Part shown: positions 10,501 to 18,697 of the stretch, in pieces
Layout of the letters: every line of letters starts with the position of its first letter
Position numbering within the stretch: position 1 is the stretch's first letter
Source of the DNA: an uncultured virus (IMG/VR IMGVR_UViG_3300030376_007133)
Taxonomy: Duplodnaviria; Heunggongvirae; Uroviricota; Caudoviricetes
Reading direction: 5' to 3' (one strand)
IMG/VR virus record: IMGVR_UViG_3300030376_007133
Length of the DNA stretch: 20,000 nt
The notes under the pieces: model-generated
The model's input: only the letters and a program-made list of their open reading frames with translations
What the model was told of the DNA's origin: nothing
The model's database searches: none
Position numbers and translations under genes: made by a program

Positions 10501-12558
10501 ACCATCGTATACTCTATCATGCGGAGCTGGCTTATATACAACAGCTCTATGATGCCATCTTGTAGGTCCATCATCTCCTGGCACGCCATCGCTATCAGCG
10601 CCAGGACCAGCAGTACCTGTTAGATTAAAAGATTGTACACCTCCAGATGTTCTCATACCATATTGCATTGTGTAATGTGTACTATTATTTACATCGCTGT
10701 AAAAAAATCTAGGTTCGTCACTCGTTAAATACAATTTAATCTTGCTTGGATTATATGAATAAACCTCTGCTTTACTAGTTTGTGTATCGGTATATTTCAT
10801 CCAATATTCTATGGTCCAGCCATTGGGGCTGTTTAGCCAACCATCATCACCATTAATTTGTAGATAATCATTTGCTCCACTTATACTAACAGAATGTGTT
10901 GATATGTCTGAATCCGGCGGTTGAAAGAAACCATTAGTTCCTTTTATTTTATATAAGTTTTTCTTGTATGAATTGTTTGGATCATTATAATCAGCTGAAG
11001 CAAAAACAGTTCCGTCCGGACTTAAAGCCAAACTTTTTCCAAAATAATCTTGTGTAAAACCCCTAGTCGATGGATTAAATTCTCTAGGATTATAAATTGT
11101 TCCTCGGTGCGATTTATCTCGTATATCAAAAACTGCAACACCACCAGAATAATGTGCAGACCAAGGACTACCAAGATCACCATAAACACCAGAGTCTTCA
11201 TCGTGTCTTAAATTACCGTGTATACCAACATATGGGTAATTCATTGTTAATCCAAATTTACCCCATTCAGCATTATTAATATTATATGTTGTATTGGTTT
11301 GGTTACCAAAACTTCCGTATGCTGTTATATCTGATGCTGTCATAGCAAGTTCATAATTATTATCTAATAACTTTAAAACATAAACTATACCTACAGCTTG
11401 TGTTCCTGGGCTTGTCATACCACTGTTGATGTCATCAAAAGGAGCAGATGATAATAAGTAATGATCACTATCTTTTTGATGTGCAAATATATTATAACCA
11501 AACCCATCTCCTACTTGATTCATTTTTTTCTGAATCATATTCATTAAACCAGGATTTTCTATTGTATATAAATGCTCATAAGTTGTTGTACTAAAAACAT
11601 GAACCGCACCAGCGTTTTCGCCGCCATAAGTTCCTGTAAATATTGGTTGGCCATACGCGTATGCCCATTCAGGGTCGTCTACATAAGCATCAGCATTTGG
11701 CGCCGCAACACAAATATATTTGTCCGTCATAGCTACGCACTGGCCGAAGTTATGATCACTAAGTCCGTCAGTCTGAGCTCTAACATTTCTCAATGAATAT
11801 AATTTAGTATTTAAATCACTGAGACTATAAATGTCAACTGTTGGATCACTTGCTGATCCTGCACAAAATGCTATCTTTCCACCAGCTATACCAACAGAGC
11901 TCGCACCAGTAGAAGTCGTTTGCTTAGAATACACATTCTCATATTTTTTCAGTAGAGTACCTTGATCATTATATACACATACATAACCATCAGTAGCGCT
12001 ACTACCAGTTGTTTCTCTTATAATAATTTTATCACTATCAGCATCTATCGTTTGAGTTTGATTATAACTTGTTGGTGTTTGGCCCTGAAGATTATGCGTA
12101 GTCAAATTATCAGCTAATAATCCATTTTCTACATCTTCGTATATGAGAAACTTACCTTGACCGCCTACAATAACTTTATTATTATTGTATCTTATATTAC
12201 GACCAAAATTAGTTGTAAAACTTGTTACCGTCTCATCGACAGTAATGTTATAGCTATTATATGTTTTTTGTGCATTATCTCCACTAGCCGGTGTAACAAT
12301 TTTAATTTTATTACCCATGCCTAAACCATGTGTACCACAATAATAATTCATCGCATCTGGAGCATCTGTCGGAACAGTAAATGTTACTTTACCACCAACT
12401 GTACCTTCTGTACCTGATGTTGTAACACCACTAGAGTATGTGCTAGACCCACTATCAGATGTAAATCTAAATGGATGAGTGGCATTGCTTGAATCACTTA
12501 CATCAAATGTGTAAGTTTGGCCTCTTTCCATTTTTAGTTTTGGGCGATAGACTGGCAT
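7561..12558 (-). CDS. Large multidomain putative virion surface/adhesin protein (cupredoxin-like N-terminus, FG-GAP-like propeller, LamG/ConA-like domain, second propeller, C-terminal Kelch-like repeats)
   Basis: 1665 aa with SD AAGGA, rich in S/T/G/N/D. Motifs HPF...YYCGTHGLGMG, FGQCVAM...AAP...GAVHVF, WTIEYWMK...WHHRAVV...YVDG, repeated D-x-x-G-N-x-x-V-x-G / G-x-x-x-W, and six YxxIxxxGNAxxFGD-type repeats. Confidence 0.85.
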   Translation of the reverse strand: MPVYRPKLKMERGQTYTFDVSDSSNATHPFRFTSDSGSSTYSSGVTTSGTEGTVGGKVTFTVPTDAPDAMNYYCGTHGLGMGNKIKIVTPASGDNAQKTYNSYNITVDETVTSFTTNFGRNIRYNNNKVIVGGQGKFLIYEDVENGLLADNLTTHNLQGQTPTSYNQTQTIDADSDKIIIRETTGSSATDGYVCVYNDQGTLLKKYENVYSKQTTSTGASSVGIAGGKIAFCAGSASDPTVDIYSLSDLNTKLYSLRNVRAQTDGLSDHNFGQCVAMTDKYICVAAPNADAYVDDPEWAYAYGQPIFTGTYGGENAGAVHVFSTTTYEHLYTIENPGLMNMIQKKMNQVGDGFGYNIFAHQKDSDHYLLSSAPFDDINSGMTSPGTQAVGIVYVLKLLDNNYELAMTASDITAYGSFGNQTNTTYNINNAEWGKFGLTMNYPYVGIHGNLRHDEDSGVYGDLGSPWSAHYSGGVAVFDIRDKSHRGTIYNPREFNPSTRGFTQDYFGKSLALSPDGTVFASADYNDPNNSYKKNLYKIKGTNGFFQPPDSDISTHSVSISGANDYLQINGDDGWLNSPNGWTIEYWMKYTDTQTSKAEVYSYNPSKIKLYLTSDEPRFFYSDVNNSTHYTMQYGMRTSGGVQSFNLTGTAGPGADSDGVPGDDGPTRWHHRAVVYKPAPHDRVYDGYVGADSHGQRGALIGYVDGLVAGSNWYQLPTQKGNSTWTFGRNDGYSDGVYIRDFAIHHYVKYPGPFVPSLARPTIKDDTLNTGTKTLIVADANGYTDLTGNATFTNSGASRVTDKPAMGTDLRDYRSYYQSRIWTDLDSAVLFDDDYEFPFKSNAFLTRGAPSEGWQRIDNFSNLADEKSYNIVGDGEGNIIVSGVSFSDKDMFVSSYDTYGNKLWGYYWNNNQNVDDNFPYDMVVDTNNNSITVGEDWHTKTWGPGLITKISSGGNIEYKKIFYDNTAQSAGNGVKLRGVDVDTNDNAVVLGESKIQTNTYPINSGGSFANMTLAKINTSGTPIWSKQIGWETDSDFTVPNFRGNSLVGTIVKLDDSDNIYGTSYNGRSLYDSNQNYIGSGNYALAFKTDSVGELQWHSCLQTNDSIDDVSDMLYDLNLFKSGDPVLTGYSMQGPGDIRPSVVKLDKDTGAIKWQRVYNHSEPNAYTGITYNAAVDDDGNLFFNGIKASEAADPAEQFNIILKYDSDGNLLDQKKIRAHAGYFAIGDVNIDANNNLILSGDYEDSLYTSNHNLWLAKLPNTLPVGYYDSNVPGENQIQQQADRHGIHLHIEDVNNTESASNRLQVRPGTSLISKTMTNMTTSNSSVSKYNLSHYGQNWQQARPTGKTIIKTVTNSYSGDRGIIFNGENGSGQTPDNINQYIDINNKGNAVSFGDASGVSSKHVCAVSSGDAGRIVYNYIDSSGSTTALDYINSANPASASYFGDQTVATASRSSASDGNRGLWAGGVQGSVNQDAIDYITIATTGNAADFGDAIVNGGGNNGISNATYGIFQRGTYHDGSTFQRTNDLHYVTIATTGNSQDFGDLTTNKFRTASMQDETRGIFAGGFTGDADHLLNYTNTIDYITIATPGNASDFGDLTKTMTGMAGMSNYYRGVMAGGVRAYNSQGYITTHDEIQYITIQTLGNAADFGEMVIRQYYNSGSSGTPQ
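7564..8490 (-). repeat. Six protein repeats of about 47-55 aa (likely a six-bladed Kelch-like beta-propeller)
   Basis: NQYIDINNKGNAVSFGD, LDYINSANPASASYFGD, IDYITIATTGNAADFGD, LHYVTIATTGNSQDFGD, IDYITIATPGNASDFGD and IQYITIQTLGNAADFGE, with intervening RGLWAGG/RGIFAGG/RGVMAGG. Confidence 0.85.
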
Positions 12559-12568
12559 TTCTTATTCC

Positions 12569-15500
12569 TTATTCTGTTCCAAAAGTCATATTTGGCCAAT
12601 CCATTTTACGTACAGATAGGCTTTTAAAATTATCATCTGCTATACTGTAAATAGTTCTACCAGTAAATGAGAAATCAAATCCTTTTGCATCTGAAAAGTC
12701 TTCTTCATTTTCAGGCATAGTGTTAAAATTAAAGTTAGCAATTGTACCACTATGATTTGCCTGATCATATTTTCTCCATAATCCACCACTAACTATTGAA
12801 CCTTGATAGATATAATCTCTTACAGTTGCAAAGTGGTCCTGACCAAGTATGTAGAAGTTGTAGGTACTATAATGATTAGCTTTAATCTTAGTTGCATCTG
12901 GTGATACACCAAGCTGTCCGTTAACATTTGTAATAGCGCCAACATCTAGATTAGCATAGCTACTACCAGCAGTTGATGGATCATATGATTCACTATCAAG
13001 TGCATATTGATATATTGTATTATTTTGTCCACCTAGGACAATCATTCCATTACCCCAAGGTGACATTATAAAATCTCGAGGATTATTATCATCAGGTACA
13101 GTAAATGTTTTTGCTGTATCTTGAACCGCAGTACTTACATCCCAAGAAGTAGATAGGTCGTATGTTTTAATTTTACCTGAGGTTCCGCCTACTGTATAGA
13201 GCTGCGTACCATCTCTCTTAAATGATATTGATAAATTATCTGTACCATCTAGTGTAAACGATCTTACATAGCTCATATTTGTCAAGTCTGCAGAATCGGC
13301 AGAGAAAAATTGTTTAACAGTAGTAGTACCATCTAAGACATAAAAGTTTCCTTGATCACCAACAGCAAGATCATTTGGTGATGTAACATTCTGATATGTA
13401 TTAAAACCAGTAGATAAGGGTGTAAGAGATCTAATTTTACCACCAGACCATCTACGATTAGCTGTAGAAGGTGGATAACCAAACGTTAAGTCTGATAGAC
13501 TTGCAACAGCTTCACCATAGAAAACATTACCTTGTGTTGCGCTATCTTCATATAACGGACCTTGATCAACCGTAATTACCCAGTTAGCAGCCGTTGCATA
13601 TCCTAATCCGTCACTATCTGAATTAGATGTTGGCGGTGGCGGTGGAGGCGGAACTGAATCTTCAATTTTATATCTTCTAATAACAGTTGAACCATCAGCT
13701 GTTAGTGACACATATAGGTAATCTTTAGTTGCGGCAAGATCACCTCTTGCAGATGTAACAGTACCGTGATTACTATTACTTGATAATTTCAAGAATTTAT
13801 CTGAATCCCAAGTAGCTGTTTTAACATTCCATGCGGAATCTAAATCAAATTGGTAAATACCAACTCCTCTTGAATAAGTGTTAGTATTAGTAAGCATATA
13901 CATTCTAGTACCGTCGTGGTTCAAGACAGTTCCAAGAGTACTACTATCACCGCTTACAATACCAGGAGTATATAAGCCACCGCTATCTACCATATCTAAA
14001 TCTATTGTATATGGAGAAGATAAGTTCCATTGTGAAATTAGATTAGTAGAACCATTTACATTTGTCCAGTATAACTTATTACCGCTGTCTCCAAACTGAA
14101 TGTTCTCAGGTCTCTGATCATGGTTAGTACCAGTTTGATCTGTAATTTGTGAATTAAATGCTAATGTACCCCAGAATGAAGTTCTATCACCATCTGATTC
14201 GTTATCTATTCTATCTAAGCTATATGCACTAGCACCATTACTTATGTCATACATGCTAATTTCATTTTTGTAAATGTCTAGAGGTGTACCAATCCGTGTA
14301 GTTGCTAATTTATTCCAGTCATTAGTAAATGTCATACCATGGCTTTTAAATTTATGAGCTGAGTCAGTCATACCAAAAGTTGGTTCTTTATTCGTATCTC
14401 GAATTGCTGTAGATAAATCGTATGGAGTTGACATTGTAAATACACGCCAGTCATCTTGGCCAAGATCTTTCATTACAATTGTTGACCCATCTGGGCTAAC
14501 TTCTAATCCGTAATCATTTGATACAGTAGACCAACTTAATTCTTGTGTTGAATCATAAACTAAGTTTTGTATGCTTTGTTGAGGAAACCCAGCACTATCG
14601 GCACTATCACCGCTTCCAGCACTATCTGCACTATCGGCGCTATCGGCACTATCGCCACCACTTCCTGCACTATCAGCTACGTAGTCTGAATCTTCATAGT
14701 AGTATACTCTACCTGCGTCTACATTTCCAGCCGAATCGTCATAAGCATTATTACCTATAATAAGACTCTTGCCTCTAATATCTATCTCTTGTCCAAAATA
14801 ACTACTTGACTGTTCAGTAGGGCTTTTAATAGTTGATTTTAAAGATCCGTCTGACACATTGAATACATATGCTTTACCGTATCCAGCTTCATAGATAGCA
14901 CCTACAACTGCATGATCGCTGTCTATAGCAACTGCTCCTCCATAAGCAAAATAAGCACCTGTTCCTGGATGAGATAATGTATGTAATAATGACCCATCAG
15001 ATAAGTCATAGATATAAGCCTTACCTTCATCCGTATTTCCAGCTGAATCTTCACTTGGAGCAGCTACGATAGCGTGTGTATTACTAATTGCTACTCCTTC
15101 ACCAAAATAATCATTGGTATCAGTTGTGTTAGGATTTGGATTATTTAGCGTATATAACTGATTAAAGTTATTTTGTGCATCATAAACATATGCTACTCCA
15201 TCACCACCGGCTCGTGATGAGACTATAGCATACTTATCACTCATATGAACATCCCAACCAAACCTTCCCTTTGCTGGAGTTGGATTGTTTAATGTATGAG
15301 CTACTTGTCCATCAGATGTGTTAAAAACGTATGCTCTACCAGCCCCTGCTTGATAATTAGCATACGAACCATATGCACCTACAATAGCATGCGTTTCATT
15401 TATATCGACAGCATAACCAAAATATTGTTGGACGTTTAAATTATTATTGTCATTGGCTAATGGATTTGATAGAGTATATCTCTTAGATCCATCTGACAAG

Positions 15501-18500
15501 TTAAAGATATGAGCTATACCAGGTTTATATTGATAAGTAATTTCTTCTCTAGGAGCACCAACAACAGCGTATGAATTACTAATTCCAACTGCAGCTCCGA
15601 ATCTATCAACTATAGCACTTCCATATATATTTGGGTTATCTAATGTGTGTATTAAAGTATTACCTGTGGAATCATAAATATATGCTTTACCAGAAGAAGC
15701 TCCTGCTGTATCATCTTCTTGAGGAGCACCAGCTATAATATTTTTACTAGTCATAGCTACTTTATAACCAAATGTATCATAGGAAGGAGTGTCGTATGGA
15801 TTTGGATTATTTATTGTGTTTGTTAGCACCCAAGGATCTGCACTATCAACGACTGGTCCAGTACTATCATCTTGAGATAATACATACGTACCCTGAATCA
15901 TAGGCTTAACACTTATGTCAGGAGTTGTAATAGCTGGAGATCCAGCACTATCAGGTTGTGTACTAAATTCCCATAAATTAAAATGAGCATAATCTGGTGT
16001 ACCAGCTATTTCACTAGCGTAAGTCATCATATAGAATCTGTTACCAGATGGGTGTATACCCATTTTGCCTGATGGTTTTACATGTGTAGGACCACCGGCA
16101 CTTTCAGCTAAATTAGTAATTTCAGCTTGTCTATCAAATGCCATAGTTGTAATATCATATGGAGTATCTAATGTAGCTTTTACTAAGTTAACTCTCCAAC
16201 CACCTAGGCCGCTACCGCCTGATTCATTAAAGTTCGCTGAGTCAAATTGCTGATGTATAAAATACATTTCTGAACCGTCATGATTAAATACACTACCAGC
16301 ATTGAATGCTAATCTTAATGCATCACTTGCATATTCAGCTCCATCACTATCTGAATCTGAATATTGTGTATGACGATAAATTGTACTTGGATTATATCCT
16401 GGAGATGTACAAGTTGATATATCGTATGGCGTACCGAATGTTTGTTTAATAGTATCACCACGAGGACCAAGCTTTGTACTAATAAGACTACGTCCGCTAT
16501 CTATCCACTCATTAGAATAATTATTAATTACTTGTAAATTCGAATCATATGTCCAATTGTTCAGCCTAACTGAACCGTTTGACCACATATTTAAAGAACC
16601 TGTACCAATTTTATGTTCAGGCGTAATTGTACCATTTAAATTCCATGCAGAATCTAGAGCGAATTGCGCGACAACGCTGTAAGTATTACCACTAACCCAC
16701 ATCTTTGTACCTTGTGGATTAAACCATACATCAAGCATATTATGTTCTGAATATTGTCCAGAATATCCACCTTGGAAAATATCAGAAAAATGCGTAGATA
16801 AATTTAATGAAGCCGCACTCTCAGCATGATTAATGCTTGACACATCATACGGAGTGCTCATTTTCATACCATACACATATTGTGTATTTGTATATGCACC
16901 ACCAGAAACATAGAATAACTTTCTACCATTATCTCCAAATGTTACGCCTCTTGGCATATACAATGAACCTGTTACGTCAGAAGTAGTCCAATGATATTTA
17001 GATTCAAATCTAATTTTTTCTAAACCAAGATTTACGGCTGCACTATCAAAGACTGAAGATGTTGAAGACTGAGCAACTCGTGTGGAATAATCTGAATCAG
17101 ACATAAATCCAGGGTCTGCAGCTTGACCGCCTTGTTGTCCCTGTCCAGCTCCTCCACCTTGTGTTGGAGTTGTTACGCCGTCATACGTACCTGGTATTAA
17201 TTCTATATGAGTCCAACCATTTGCATTAGGATCAAGCGTTAATGTGTCTGTAGATGTTTGCTTAATATACTCAAGCTTAACAGCATTTAAATATCCATTT
17301 TGGTTGTGTACAGTTATCGTAAAACCTGGTATATTTAAATTCCTAAGTCCAGAATAGAAACTACCATTATAATTATCACCTGCACCATTTGTAGGCCCAT
17401 ATGTATATGTTATACCATTTGCTGTGAGTGTGTAGGTTTTACCACTTGCAAAACTAGGATCATTTTTTGTACCAAACACTTCGATATCTGGTTGTGGATC
17501 AGCACTATCACCAGCTGATAAATCTTGTCTATCACCTGATACTCCGTATTCACCTTCTAAAATTCCTAGATGTATCCAGCCTGAGCCTGCAAATTTTACC
17601 GTATCGCCATCAACTTGTGGAGTATATTTTACTTCTATTCCATTTACAATACCTGTAGCGTTATAAGAACCGATAACTAGACCAGGTATATTTAAATCTC
17701 TAATACCTTCAAAATAATTTCTTTCATCTTCACCAGTTGCATTATATTGATATGTGACTCCATTAGCAACGACTTTATATTCTAAAGGATAATCGAATGA
17801 TGGATCACTTTTTGTTCCTTGAATAACAGCTTCAGTTGGAGTAGAAGTTTGAGTTGCAATTGCCGCTGCTTCTTGAGCAACGGTTGCCGCTTCAGGTTCG
17901 CCGAACGGATTAGACTCAGAAAAATCTAAAAAGTCTGATGCCTCATCATCGAACTCGTCTGATGCATCTCCTGGTATCTCAGGATTTTCTGATTTAGTAA
18001 TTACACTACTAGCACCTGATGCTGGAGCAGTTACAACAGAATTAGGTCCTGGTTCTACAAAATCTCCTGTATCATTTGCAACGTGAATAATTACAAGTTT
18101 TCCAGTTTCTTCTATAAACTCAGCAACTTCACCTGTCATTGTTGCCGCAGTTGAATCAGCGCCAATACCAGAAATATTTACGTCTTCACCAACTTCAAAC
18201 TCTTGATTAGGAAATGGTTTTTCAATAGTTATAGTAGGTGGATTATTCTCGTCATAAAAATTACCACTATCGACAACATTGATTTTTGTAACAGTACCAG
18301 TCGATGAATCAAAATCCACGCTTAATTGTGCAGCAAAATCTGATTTAGGATCTGTAGACTTTGCAACTGTAATTGTTGGTGGTGATGTATAACCAGATCC
18401 TGAATCTGTAATGTTTATAGATGAAACTTCAGCATTTTGTAATACAGCTGCTGCAGTCGCTTGAGTACCTGATAATTGATCAGGTGGACTGATAGTTACA

Positions 18501-18697
18501 GTTGGAGGTGTATTATAAAAATTACCACCGCTATCTACTGCTATACTTGCAATTCCGTCACCATCCATAACTGGTGTAACGGCAGCTGGTTCTTTAGGAG
18601 CCGCTGGTTCTGATACAGTGATAGCCGGTTTCTCTTGATACTTTTCACCAGGGTTTGTAACTGATGCTCTACGTAATCTTTTCCATCTATGACTCAT
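12569..18697 (-). CDS. Giant putative neck-associated virion protein: gp14-type C-terminal segment fused to a duplicated domain of about 100 aa and about four beta-propellers
   Basis: 2042 aa. SD GGAG 8 nt upstream; start overlaps the gp14 stop. aa 1-268 carry DSG-x-x-Y-x-x-PP-x-V/I repeats, an FEVGEDV module and DFLDFSESNPFGEP. Later come STPYD/TSWDVST-type propeller repeats and seven FG...GAP-type blades. Confidence 0.88.
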   Translation of the reverse strand: MSHRWKRLRRASVTNPGEKYQEKPAITVSEPAAPKEPAAVTPVMDGDGIASIAVDSGGNFYNTPPTVTISPPDQLSGTQATAAAVLQNAEVSSINITDSGSGYTSPPTITVAKSTDPKSDFAAQLSVDFDSSTGTVTKINVVDSGNFYDENNPPTITIEKPFPNQEFEVGEDVNISGIGADSTAATMTGEVAEFIEETGKLVIIHVANDTGDFVEPGPNSVVTAPASGASSVITKSENPEIPGDASDEFDDEASDFLDFSESNPFGEPEAATVAQEAAAIATQTSTPTEAVIQGTKSDPSFDYPLEYKVVANGVTYQYNATGEDERNYFEGIRDLNIPGLVIGSYNATGIVNGIEVKYTPQVDGDTVKFAGSGWIHLGILEGEYGVSGDRQDLSAGDSADPQPDIEVFGTKNDPSFASGKTYTLTANGITYTYGPTNGAGDNYNGSFYSGLRNLNIPGFTITVHNQNGYLNAVKLEYIKQTSTDTLTLDPNANGWTHIELIPGTYDGVTTPTQGGGAGQGQQGGQAADPGFMSDSDYSTRVAQSSTSSVFDSAAVNLGLEKIRFESKYHWTTSDVTGSLYMPRGVTFGDNGRKLFYVSGGAYTNTQYVYGMKMSTPYDVSSINHAESAASLNLSTHFSDIFQGGYSGQYSEHNMLDVWFNPQGTKMWVSGNTYSVVAQFALDSAWNLNGTITPEHKIGTGSLNMWSNGSVRLNNWTYDSNLQVINNYSNEWIDSGRSLISTKLGPRGDTIKQTFGTPYDISTCTSPGYNPSTIYRHTQYSDSDSDGAEYASDALRLAFNAGSVFNHDGSEMYFIHQQFDSANFNESGGSGLGGWRVNLVKATLDTPYDITTMAFDRQAEITNLAESAGGPTHVKPSGKMGIHPSGNRFYMMTYASEIAGTPDYAHFNLWEFSTQPDSAGSPAITTPDISVKPMIQGTYVLSQDDSTGPVVDSADPWVLTNTINNPNPYDTPSYDTFGYKVAMTSKNIIAGAPQEDDTAGASSGKAYIYDSTGNTLIHTLDNPNIYGSAIVDRFGAAVGISNSYAVVGAPREEITYQYKPGIAHIFNLSDGSKRYTLSNPLANDNNNLNVQQYFGYAVDINETHAIVGAYGSYANYQAGAGRAYVFNTSDGQVAHTLNNPTPAKGRFGWDVHMSDKYAIVSSRAGGDGVAYVYDAQNNFNQLYTLNNPNPNTTDTNDYFGEGVAISNTHAIVAAPSEDSAGNTDEGKAYIYDLSDGSLLHTLSHPGTGAYFAYGGAVAIDSDHAVVGAIYEAGYGKAYVFNVSDGSLKSTIKSPTEQSSSYFGQEIDIRGKSLIIGNNAYDDSAGNVDAGRVYYYEDSDYVADSAGSGGDSADSADSADSAGSGDSADSAGFPQQSIQNLVYDSTQELSWSTVSNDYGLEVSPDGSTIVMKDLGQDDWRVFTMSTPYDLSTAIRDTNKEPTFGMTDSAHKFKSHGMTFTNDWNKLATTRIGTPLDIYKNEISMYDISNGASAYSLDRIDNESDGDRTSFWGTLAFNSQITDQTGTNHDQRPENIQFGDSGNKLYWTNVNGSTNLISQWNLSSPYTIDLDMVDSGGLYTPGIVSGDSSTLGTVLNHDGTRMYMLTNTNTYSRGVGIYQFDLDSAWNVKTATWDSDKFLKLSSNSNHGTVTSARGDLAATKDYLYVSLTADGSTVIRRYKIEDSVPPPPPPPTSNSDSDGLGYATAANWVITVDQGPLYEDSATQGNVFYGEAVASLSDLTFGYPPSTANRRWSGGKIRSLTPLSTGFNTYQNVTSPNDLAVGDQGNFYVLDGTTTVKQFFSADSADLTNMSYVRSFTLDGTDNLSISFKRDGTQLYTVGGTSGKIKTYDLSTSWDVSTAVQDTAKTFTVPDDNNPRDFIMSPWGNGMIVLGGQNNTIYQYALDSESYDPSTAGSSYANLDVGAITNVNGQLGVSPDATKIKANHYSTYNFYILGQDHFATVRDYIYQGSIVSGGLWRKYDQANHSGTIANFNFNTMPENEEDFSDAKGFDFSFTGRTIYSIADDNFKSLSVRKMDWPNMTFGTE
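14591..14674 (-). repeat. Imperfect 9-bp tandem repeat (GATAGTGCN) encoding DSAGSGGDSADSADSADSAGSGDSADSA
   Basis: Seven copies of GCACTATC/GCGCTATC on the + strand, in an inter-domain linker of the 2042-aa ORF. Confidence 0.92.
14693..15832 (-). repeat. Seven FG-GAP-like (integrin-alpha-type) repeats forming a complete 7-bladed propeller
   Basis: Seven blades: FGYKVAM..AGAP, FGAAVGI..VGAP, FGYAVDI..VGAY, FGWDVHM..VSSR, FGEGVAI..AAP, FAYGGAVAI..VGAI and FGQEIDI..IGNN. Most end in G-x-A-Y-x-[YF]...TLxNP. Confidence 0.85.
17183..17830 (-). repeat. Two tandem copies of an uncharacterised domain of about 95-100 aa
   Basis: Copy 1 (about 17830-17546): GTKSDPSF..ANGVTYQY..GIRDLNIPG..GWIHLGILEGEY. 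Copy 2 (about 17482-17183): GTKNDPSF..ANGITYTY..GLRNLNIPG..GWTHIELIPGTY. Confidence 0.88.

Noticed and set aside
13735..16465. Two RGD tripeptides in the protein with integrin-like repeats
   Set aside because: Two occurrences in 2042 aa rich in G and D are compatible with chance, and there is no supporting context.
1527..17658. Short + strand ORFs in the track (e.g. 2181-2570, 4967-5293, 9771-10046, 14545-14760)
   Set aside because: All lie opposite well-supported minus-strand genes and have no recognisable motifs. The H/Y/R-rich 14545-14760 ORF is just the reverse reading of the DSA repeat.
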